Shown here piece by piece: positions 53,383 to 64,000 of a stretch of DNA of 64,000 bases; the first letter of the stretch is position 1; every line of letters begins with the position of its first letter. Source of the DNA: Hormiphora californensis (Eukaryota; Animalia; Ctenophora). A program made the position numbers and the translations under genes. The stretch covers positions 6,634,001-6,698,000 of the forward strand of contig CM035360.1 of NCBI GenBank assembly GCA_020137815.1. Reading direction: 5' to 3'. The notes beneath the pieces are model-generated. The model had not been told where the DNA came from. It saw nothing but the letters and a program-made list of their open reading frames with translations, and did not search any database.

Positions 53383-53819
53383 ACTAGATCCAAAAACCAA
53401 ACAAGTTTGGTGGATAGCCGGGGCCGCAGAAATTTAAAAACGTGCGAAAGTTTTGATACATGAACTTTCGGGGCCTGGGGTGCTGTTAAATTCGCGTTTC
53501 CATGATAGTCAGCCGCTCTTTCAAAACACACTATTATTCTGTAAAACAGACTCTGAAACGATCCACTGCGTGCAGTATATTATACGTGATATGTGTGGAG
53601 CTATTTGTATGATAATGTGGAATCAAAAATAGTGATAACTTGCAATCATTGCGATAGTTTTCCTGGCGTATAGTTTGAAAATGTTGCTGGTTATAATCAT
53701 GGAAACGCGAATTTAACAGCACCCCAGGCCCCGAAAGTTCATGTATCAAAACTTTCGCACGTTTTTAAATTTCTGCGGCCCCGGCTATCCACCAAACTTG
53801 TTTGGTTTTTGGATCTAGT
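53383..53819. mobile_element. MITE with ~123-bp perfect TIRs (ACTAGATCC...GGATCTAGT)
   Basis: Direct inverted identity. An adjacent mini-palindrome (53319-53367) has the same ACTAGAT/ATCTAGT ends. Confidence 0.85.
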
Positions 53820-54762
53820 TCAGTGTATCAAAATTAGTGTGTAAAGTGCCCCACATGCGATCTTTCAGCATTTCCAGTTGAAAAATGCAATTATCGCCAA
53901 TTAGACTAAATTATGCTCAATTAGGACACTTTCTTCACCTCTGACGGCTTGGAAAAGCCGCTTACGTGATTCAGCGTATCAAAATTAGTGGTGATAGTGC
54001 TCTCACATGAATTGATAACGTTTTCATGCGATAAGTTACAGTTACGATCAATTAGACCCGATTATGTTCAATTAGGTCACTTTCTCCACGCCTGGGCGCT
54101 TGCCAAAGTTGCTCACGTGATTCAACGTATCAAAATTAGTCGGGTTTAGTGGTTTTGCCTTTTATACCAATTATTTGGCTAAATTTTTCAGTTTATACTC
54201 TCCTAGGATACAATATTCATTTCAGGGCTGAATAGTTGATAACTATTGACTATGTTATTGACTATGGGCTAACAATTTGTATGTAAAATTGAGGAAGTAC
54301 AGCCAAGTCTGATTGACATTAGTTACTGTATACCATGATAATATTGTTCTAAGAAGGCATACATTTCAAAAAAATCACCGTCTTGCTTAGTTATAGTTCT
54401 ATCTATTCATGACAAGTCTAGAGACAAATGGAAACCAAAAACATAAACTAGAAGTGGTCTTAAAGGTTTTAGAAAAAACCCGGTCAAAATCGCATGTGTA
54501 TAATTAGCTGAGATAATGACATATAAACAGGCTCGTGTTTATCTGTAATCTGTAATGCTGGTCTCCTCCTCTTACCATAACCAATTAGTGGGTGTTAATA
54601 TTTGGGACCCTATATCTTGAGAAGTAGAGGGAGTAGAGAGCTCGGACTTCGACACAATGTATTTATTCTCTCAGATGATGTGATTGGGCAATGTTTTACT
54701 AAAATTTGAGATGGTCGATTTGAATATGTCAGTATCCCTTTAACAAACTTTTCTCTCTTTCC

Positions 54763-54851
<89 letters not shown>

Positions 54852-55771
54852 TCTGGTGGTATAATCTATCGGCTGGAGATCGTTAGCCGATATTGGATCG
54901 ATAAAGGACATGTGATATTAGCCTATAATGTGTTCTATGTGGTAGTGCACCAGGCACTAACGAACTGTTATAGAGTGAGAACTGGAGGCTGGGGAGAGAG
55001 AGTTAGAGAGAGAAGGAGAGATAGTGAGAGAGAACTTGGATAAACGATAGCCGATACGGATATATCGCAGACAAAATGGCAGTACAGAGTTCAACAATAT
55101 TGCACCACCACACTACTGCTGAGAGCTTTCTAAGAATTGTAATCAAAGATTCACACTTGTAGGCTCTATATCTCTTTAGGACTATTGCCACCTTCCCATT
55201 CTCTTCCTCTTCTTCACTGTCCCGCTAACACAATTATACAGATAATATCTCATTGAGTGTGTGTGAATGGTTTATTGACTCACTAGCTGGCTACTGGTCA
55301 GACCGCACTATATCTGTGTGATATTTCTCAGATATATTGAAAATAGAGCAGTCATATTCTGAGCTGTTACTATCCATGCTCCTCCCCATCTCGGGTACCT
55401 TGAATTAGAAGGGATTTAGAGGCAGGTCAGAGATAAAGCGATATTCAATAATCGATAATACTTGGTGCAATTGCTCCTTTAGAAGCATTCCCTGTACCGC
55501 CAGCATGTTACAAAGGATAGAGATAATTGGACCCCCGTAATATGTAGTTGGGTACTACTCATCACTAAATCTCTCTCGTATACTTTCTATCGGCCTCCTC
55601 TCTATATCAACCTCCTCTCTCTCATCTCTATCTCTCATCTCTCTCTCTATCTCTATAACTCCATCTCCCATCTCTATATCTCCATCTCTCTCTTGATAGA
55701 GTTCATGAAGCACCTGTCAGAGCATTGGCCTGACCCTATTCTCAATTCTCTCAAAGCGAGAACCGCGGTCA

Positions 55772-55988
55772 GAGCATTGACCTAGCAGTACTGTAACCGA
55801 TATAATGATTTCAGTTACTCTCAGGGCTGTTCATTTAGCCATCTTTACTTTAGGAAATATCCAAAATGATAGAAGCATGGGCAGGGGATGCGGGCTTGTA
55901 ATTTTGGCACTTGTTGGACCCCAAGTTACAAAGGATCAGCCCGCATCCCCCACCCGGGTTCAGTTACAGTACTGCTAGGCCAATGCTC
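55772..55988. mobile_element. Small MITE
   Basis: GAGCATTGACCTAGCAGTACTGTAAC / GTTACAGTACTGCTAGGCCAATGCTC (26 bp, 1 mismatch) plus an internal GGGGATGCGGGCT / AGCCCGCATCCCC pair. Confidence 0.7.
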
Positions 55989-56359
55989 CCCCTCTCTATC
56001 ATCATTTGGGATGTCCCAACCCACTTGCATTGGCAGAATTGGTTGCGATCAGGTTTAATAGTAGAGAAGAGTAAGAGAAACGTATAACTAACATGTCTGG
56101 GGTTTTGTGTCGCGACATGCAACCCACCTTATAGAATTACTGTAAACTGGTCATCGGGTTATTGGCACTTATAAAGTTAGGAATCATGGTTAACTGGCTG
56201 ATTCTGATTTATTTTATGGGAAACTTCTGTCACTAGTCTGAGATGCTAAAAAAGGGAGGGAGAAAGGGCGTGAATGCTGTCTTTACTACATATTTCCCGT
56301 CAACACAGCTCTTTCGTCTTCAGCAGCATAAACAGAGAAAGGAGAGAGAAAGGGATAGG

Positions 56360-56479
<120 letters not shown>

Positions 56480-56482
56480 GAT

Positions 56483-56545
<63 letters not shown>

Positions 56546-56744
56546 TAGATAGAGAGAGAGGGTGATACTACTAACAGCGAGACTGATTGTGTCGCTATAT
56601 ACGAATGCAATATCATCATTATTATGACTCCTCTGATAGTATCACACACACTCACAGGTGTCAACAATATTATATCAACCTCGTCTAGCCGTCCTCTCTT
56701 GTCTTCTATCCCTCTCTCTCTCTTTCTATCTTTCTCTCTTTCTA

Positions 56745-56786
<42 letters not shown>

Positions 56787-56940
56787 TCTCCCTCTCTCTC
56801 TCTATCTCCCTCCTTCAGTTCTCTCCCTGAACTCGATATCATTATTCAAGTTCAAACTACTACAGTTTGGAGCGTGTTGGACAATGACATGAGAGGGAGT
56901 CTAGACTCTTCCACCATGTCTACTTCCATAGTGCGCTTCC

Positions 56941-57004
56941 ATTGGATATCACCCATCACGTGATCTAAACCGCGGCTTCTTATTGGTTGAGAATGTCACG
57001 TGAT
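56941..57004. promoter_or_regulatory. Composite CCAAT(ATTGG)/E-box element with fixed spacing (representative site)
   Basis: ATTGG-N9-ATCACGTGAT-N17-ATTGG-N8-GTCACGTGAT. The same 17-nt spacing occurs at 26370, 30141, 45636, 45951 and 59959. Confidence 0.55.
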
Positions 57005-58530
57005 GATTCCTCTCAGTAACTATTTGAATGAGGGCCCCACTCTTCACGCCCCATTGTCCCTGAATTACAGGAAGGGGTGTGAATTATGGATGATTAACGG
57101 ATGAGGGAAATGAATAATTAGTGTTTCTGTTGTTTGTTGTTGCAGAGGGTGTCTGACACTGTCTGAGCAGTGGAGCGGGGAGAGAGGAAGATATAATACC
57201 CGATAGGAAGAAAGAGAGTGCCAACAGGGCAAAAGAAAAAGAGGAAGCCTGAAACCGAAACATAGGTAGACAAAGAACGAGAGAGACAGAGAGAGATGGA
57301 TAGAGAAGGAGAGAGATAGAGAGAGAAGGAGATAAACAGATAGATAGATAGGGAGGGAGCTGGGAGAGAAAGATCCTGTCAGCACTTCACTCCCTAGTGA
57401 CATTGCCTCTAACAACTTTCAAACGACTCACCGCTCCCGATAAAACAAGAACTATATCATCTTCATCTTCCACCATCTTTATCGGCCTTCTTAGGAATCT
57501 GCCACACATTATTACACTCCTGCAGCACTCAGTACTCCTGCAGTACTCCTGCAGTATTTATTAGAAGAAATGGAAGTGTGTATCTGGAAGGTTCTATCTT
57601 TTAGAAGGAAAAAGCAGTTAAGTCGCTGTGTCATGCTGTCGGGTATCATAGTTCACAAGCTTGTTTGGGGGTGTAGGTTACAGTCTAGACCAGAGATATA
57701 TCATCACTTTGTATTGGTTACAATTATATATTGTTGGAAACAGAACGGGGAGGGGGGGGTCAAGGGGAATAGTTGCCAACATTTGAGAGCCTGAGCTTGT
57801 GCCGGTATTGTTGAGGTGAACCATGGTATAATTAGCTTCATGCCGGCCTCTTTGTCCTCTGAAACTTTAACTCCCCCTCCAGTGTCTCCTAGGAGGAGCA
57901 CCATCCCTCATCTCCATGCGTCTCGACGGGCTCGTGTCTAGGGGTAGGGGGGGGGTTAATAGGATACTTATCGGCTGCACTAATCACACGTGCAGACATG
58001 GGCTTCTATTGACGCGGGACCCTATCAATAGTTTTCTGGTAGGGTATTGACAGTCTTCTGTAGCTATAAACGATGCTAGATATAACGTCTGAGAGACAAT
58101 TGGATCAATCGGTTACTTATATTTTCAACAAAAAGAGTTGATGATAATATTATGTTCTCGAGTTAAAAGCTTTTTGAGCTCTATTAACTCCCCCACCAGG
58201 TTGTTATAGACAACTCTTTTTGCTCTGACAGATAGTGCACGTGGAACACATTGTTTTCTCCCCACCCATCTTATTGTTTTCTCCAACCCCCCCCCCCCCC
58301 CCCCCCAGTTCACATGTGTTTTTCCTGGTACAACACGAAGGGGTGGCCACCTTGGAATTGTCTAGTCGGAAGGGGGAGGTAGTCTTTCTTCTCTGGAGAA
58401 TTTGTGAAGTTTAAAAATACTAATCTGCAAATCGGTCATTTCTTTGGAGAGCGAAAGAAGATATGCGGTCTGGAGACGTAACGATACTAAAATCAGCGAT
58501 AGTAGGAGAGAGAGAGAGAGAGAGAGATAG

Positions 58531-58562
<32 letters not shown>

Positions 58563-60363
58563 TAGATCGGACAGAGAGCAGAGAATGAGGGAGGGTGCCT
58601 GGAAGCGAGCAGAGAGGCGACCGGGAGCTGAGAGAGCTGATAGCGAGCGAGTACGACCCGCACGAGAAGAGAGATGACGAAGGAAGATGAGCCGAAAACC
58701 TGCTCTTGGTAGCCTCTTGCTCTCTTATCTCTCATCCTTCATCGATCAGTCCTCAGTCAGTCTCAGCATAGGAAAAAAACTAAGAGAAAGTCAGATAGAG
58801 GTAGATCAGAGAGAGCGAGAGTTAGAGAGAGACGGGACGATGAGAGAGAGAGAGACTGAGAGTGAGAGCTCCGTATGCCGCGAGAGAGAGAGAGAGAGAC
58901 GAGAGTAGAGAGATGAGGAGAGAGAGATCAATAGGTGTAGAGAGGTTAGCAAGATAGAGAGAGATCCAATGTGATGTGTTATCCACGAGTAGTGGTCTTC
59001 ATTAGGACTTTGAAACAACTATCCATAATTAGGATTTTGGTAAAGAGAAACATTAAAAAGGGAGAGAAAGATAGAGAAAGATAGAGAGAGCGCGATGATT
59101 GTTCTCCATTTCGAATCAACATAGATTTGTTTTAGAATTCAACAAAATCTCCAGATGATTAAAATGCCAGACGGCGGCCAGCTGGGGAAATTTGATAACT
59201 TCTGACTCATCAACCCAACTATGAAACCATATGGCCCTAAATTTTAAATTTCACCCAAAATTCAGGAAACATCCGGCACCACGATATTGCATAAATTCAC
59301 CCTCCTCTTGCTATAGGATGTAGCCTAGAGTCTACCATTTCCACCCAAGGAACATACCCCGCCCCCTCACCCTCCCCCATGGGGTGGACAATAGACACAG
59401 CACACCCCCTATCTGGACGCTATCTTGTGCCACCCCGTACCATACCCCGCCAAGTCACGTGATCAAATAAACGCACCTCATTGGTCAATAGCACCTCCCT
59501 TATCTCTATGTTTCATGAAACATTTCAACCAAAATGCTGGGAGCTACTGCACTTGAATTGTCCCGAGAAATTGATTCAAATTATTGCGGATAAAATGCGA
59601 TCGAAAAATAAACCTGCATCCTAAGTGGAGGCGAGACGACAGTGACCGGGTAACTGGAGCATCGTTAAGAGTAAGGAGACATATTCTAACCAATATTCTA
59701 CCAATAACCAAAGTAATCACCCCATCATTTTATTCACTGTTTCCTTCCAAAATATGGGACCCTACGGGGTTTTCAAGACAGAACATGAGACTTTCTGTTG
59801 TTTTTCTGGGTTTTCAATAGAGCCTAGAAAGCCTACACAGGAAGCCCTCTATCCTGTTTTAGGCGTGTTTTTACCAGCTACTACTCCGACTTGTTATAGT
59901 AACAGTAATTGGGGTTGTGTCCTTTAAAAAACAGTTGCACACTATTGGTTAACTGTTTGTCACGTGATCTGTTTCCTGGTCTCTCATTGGCTACCCAACT
60001 GTTGTTGGGGATGTCAAAAACTAATTTGATATAGGGGGTGTTAAGTGCATGTGTACGTTGGTAAAGGTCGCTCTGTCTCACAGATGTATACAGTGCATTT
60101 TATACAGACCCTCCTGTTATACACATGATACACACACACGTCTAGCAGGTCCGCCAAAGGGGTTTTCATGGGGGGGGGGGGGCAAGGGGTTGGATGCACA
60201 ATAAAATCATCGGCTCACTGACATGTAATTATTCCTCTGGATTTACCAGTTTATATTGTTGTGATATGGGAAAGAAATGAATCAGTGGGTTGAGTCGAAT
60301 TGGGGGCTCGATAAATCTGACATGTTAACGGAAACCACTGCATACAAGGTGGCGTAGAACTCT

Positions 60364-60404
<41 letters not shown>

Positions 60405-60573
60405 CTCTCTCTCTCTCTTTTCCTCTCTCTCTATTTCTCTTCTTCGCCCTCCCTACACTTGTCTTTCTCTTTCTGTCATGGTGCACTCGAAGAGTTGAGA
60501 GCTGTGGTCAAGGGACGAGGCGATTAAGTGACAGGATAAATCCGGGAGAAGAGAAAGAAGAGAGAGGGATAGG

Positions 60574-60605
<32 letters not shown>

Positions 60606-62628
60606 CACATTTGTCATCTAGACGATAGAAGATACAGGGTGCGGTGTTCAAGGTCTACTGCACTATGGATATCAGCCCGGGTAAAATGAAATTACTCGAA
60701 CAATTCATCTTTACCGACTTTTACAAGATCGTAACTCGTGCATCATTCATTTTTCTCTGCAGAAGGAACCTCATGAAATATTTCATTGATAATATCTTTG
60801 ATCTTGATCCCTGATGAATATTACCATCATATTTCTTTGATCTTTATCACTCATAATTTTCACTTTTACTATTTCTTTCTCTCATAAAACATGAGTACAA
60901 TTATTGCAGGGAGCGTGAAAAGGAAATGATCGGATGGGGGGGGGGGTTGGAATCTCCCGATGGGCCATTGTTCACAGGAGGAGAGAAAACAGGGCCATTA
61001 TCCCCTTCTCCTTCTGATGATCATGCACCAGACACGCACTTCCTGGCGCGAATGGGAGGAGAAAAAGAGAGGGAGAGAGGGGGATAGAGGGTATGAAGTG
61101 AGATAAGGAGAAGAAAGAGAGAGGGAGAGAGGGGGATAGAGGGTATGAAGTGAGAGAAGGAGAAGAGAAAGTCGCCCGATCAGATGAGACAATGGGGAGG
61201 CAAAACTGCACCGGCCGAAATAAAAAGGTTTATAGAAGTAGACCCCTCTCTCTTTTAGTTTTTTATCGCTGTTTCCTGTCTATATAATTTGGTAAGGTTT
61301 CTTTCTTTTCATCACTCACCACCATGCTAGCCATAACATCACACAGTTGTCACGAGTCACGAGTCAATACAGTGCTACATGATGAGCTCAATCCGAGGTT
61401 TCGGTTTTAACAGCTTTCATTCTCAGCTCTATCGTATTGCTTTCTCTTTTTTTTTCTCTCTCTCTCTCTCCCTCTCTTTCCCTCTCTCTTCTTATATCAT
61501 CAGCGAATACCGTCTGTCAACAAGGAGGAATAATATGCAAAATTTGACACACATATCGCTTCAATTTTCCACCGTGATATAGGACATGAGACTATGAGAG
61601 AGAACAAGAGAGAACCTGGGAGAGCTGGGAGATTGGCGAGGAGACCAAGGGAGAGGAAGGAGGATCTGGGATTTGTTGCTGGTGGGTTTTAACACCCCTG
61701 CACCACCATAGACATAATTACATGGATATGAGAGAGAGGGGGAAGAGTGAGAGAGTGAGCGATGGGGAGAGAGGAGGTGAGACGTGACTTGGTTCGTGTG
61801 CCGACACACGGCTGTTAAAACCCTATCCTAGTGACGTGGAGAATATCTCTCTCGTACTTGGTAGAACATGACGGAAACCTATAACTATAACTTTCTTGTC
61901 AGACACTGCTGCAGCTACAGAACCCCACTCTAGTTAGGAGACTGGAGATAGCAGTTCTTCTCCTTCTACTAGAGCACTAGCCAGTAAGGGGTGGGGGCAA
62001 TGAAGCTGCTGGGTGGTCCCATCTGGCAGTTACCAGTGGTGCTTAGGAATTTGGAGGGAAATGAAGGTGACGGATCACGGAAGTGTTCTGATCAACACAC
62101 ACTAATGTAATCTAGAAGAGTGTGTCTACCAAATTATACCCCCTGGTTCACCCTAATTAGAGTATCCTGTGAGGGGGTGAAGTCTGCTGGGAAGTGTGGG
62201 GTAAAGTCTGGGTGCTTCATTAATGAAGAGGAGGGCACACGCCGGAAGTTAATCAACGTGGCACCCCCCCCCCTCTCCTCCATATCTAGAGAGAGAGCTG
62301 ATAGAGGGGAGTGTGATACCGCCCCAGCACAGTGCCCCCTCCACCCCAGCGTATCTAGAGATATGTAGAGTGTGAGACCGCCCTCTTTAGACTAGCACAC
62401 CCCTTGACACAGGTGTAAAGTGGCCCTATATCTGATGAGGATGATAAACAAGAAAGAGACATTGATCAGATACACCTGTTCTAATATAGGTGAACTGACT
62501 GGCCATTTTAACAGTACACCCATCTCTCACCATTAAACAATAACCTTTGTTGAAGATGATCACCCAATTAACTGGTTGTTTGTTGATAGGGCTATTGTGT
62601 TGTGGTTAACCCTCCTGATGTCTCTCTA

Positions 62629-62682
<54 letters not shown>

Positions 62683-62704
62683 TCCCTGCCTCCCTCCCTC
62701 CCTG

Positions 62705-62774
<70 letters not shown>

Positions 62775-63289
62775 CACCTCCCAAGTGTGGTCTAACTACT
62801 CAATTCTGGGAGGAGGCACACTCTCTCGGTGAATGGCTGAACCACAAAACCACTTTGGAGAGAGGGGACAGCTCGACGTAAAGTCTAGAACGGTGGGGGG
62901 GGGGCTCTAGAACTATTACACCACAAGATGTTGAAACCCTTCCCAGAAGACCCCTAAAGGAAACCAATCAAGGACCCCAAAGTCTCTGGGATAATAGTTC
63001 CAGGGTTGGGATCTACATTTTAAAGGATGAGTTACTGATACAGTGGGGTGTACTATTCTAGTGCTAGATACTAGACTAGTATGTTTGTATAAAACTTAGT
63101 GCAGTGTTCATCCTCTTCACTGTTACTGCTACTGTTACAGTAAGAGCTATGTTAGTACTAGTTACTACTATAAAAAATGTTGTTGCTGTTAAGGGCGTGT
63201 TCCCGCTCATTACTCAGGCGTGGCGTGGAGCGTGCTGCTTTTTGGGAGAGTAATTGACACAAACATACTCTATAGTTACTGTCAGGGGC

Positions 63290-63386
<97 letters not shown>

Positions 63387-64000
63387 TTAATATAGAAGTA
63401 AGAGACAGGAAGACAGAGAGACGGGGAGGCGGGAATGAAAAGGCTATGTTCATTAACAGCTTCAGTTTGCACACACCGCTCTCACACACATGTACCTAGT
63501 GCTACCAGTAAATAGTGGAAAAAGCAATTGGAAGAGGACTGGAACTAACTGGCTAAAAGCTGGACATCTGCTGAGTCTCCATTAACAGTGTCATTAATCT
63601 GCGGTGGAATATTTCCACAATGTGTGTGTGCATTGCAGAGAATCAATTTCTGAATTGATTGATGGATTATACAGATTATGAGAGGGATAATTAGCCCTAG
63701 GATTGGATTTCAGGGGAGCTAGAAATATTATTCCCAAACGCTCACACCTTGATCTATACCGAACCCTCACAGAGCCACACAACTCACACCCCTCCACGTA
63801 ACGTTCCCTGGTAGGTCATGAATAAGATGTGCGGTGCGTGTTATAGTTGAAATAGAACCGGTATCCAATACAACAGGAAGTTTGGGGCGTGTGTAAGGGA
63901 GAGAGAGAGAGGGGGAGAGAGAGAGATAGTGTCCCGGTCAGGGAGAGAGAGGGGGTGGATATTATGTGTGTTATGGGGGTACTTGAGCCCTATAACAAAA

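Larger units (their letters stand above)
50672..54739. mobile_element. ~4.1-kb non-autonomous Kolobok-like DNA transposon
   Basis: Perfect 21-bp TIR AGGGATACTGACATATTCAAA (50672-50692 / 54719-54739) flanked by TTAA on both sides (50668-50671, 54740-54743). Imperfect inverted similarity extends about 270 bp inward. No transposase ORF seen. Confidence 0.8.

Overview
Eukaryotic (animal) genomic DNA with short spliceosomal introns, many (CT/GA)n microsatellites and long-read-type homopolymer errors. A ctenophore (Pleurobrachia/Hormiphora-like) origin is inferred from the nested-gene architecture and a spliced-leader-like motif, but is not proven. From left to right: a multi-Ig secreted/surface gene (minus strand) apparently nested in an intron of CAND1; a short CC2D1/Lgd-like C2 gene whose intron 5 holds two diverged, TATA-driven, ~300-nt structured ncRNA candidates; an ESRP/hnRNP-F/H-type qRRM gene (minus); then six tightly packed plus-strand housekeeping genes (POMP, DNAJC21, MRPL53, ATP5MC, COA7-like, NOLC1). 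Each of the six is preceded by an unpaired splice acceptor, so they form a candidate SL-trans-spliced operon. Introns in this cluster carry antisense nested genes (an orphan membrane-anchored family with an invariant C-terminal motif, and a GPI-type sushi gene) and genomic copies of a putative spliced leader, one forming a 279-bp fold-back. I found no supportable CDS in 41-64 kb. It contains DNA-transposon relics (including a nested Kolobok-type element), a low-quality homopolymer block and a recurrent fixed-spacing E-box/CCAAT composite motif. All gene models were assembled and translated by eye.
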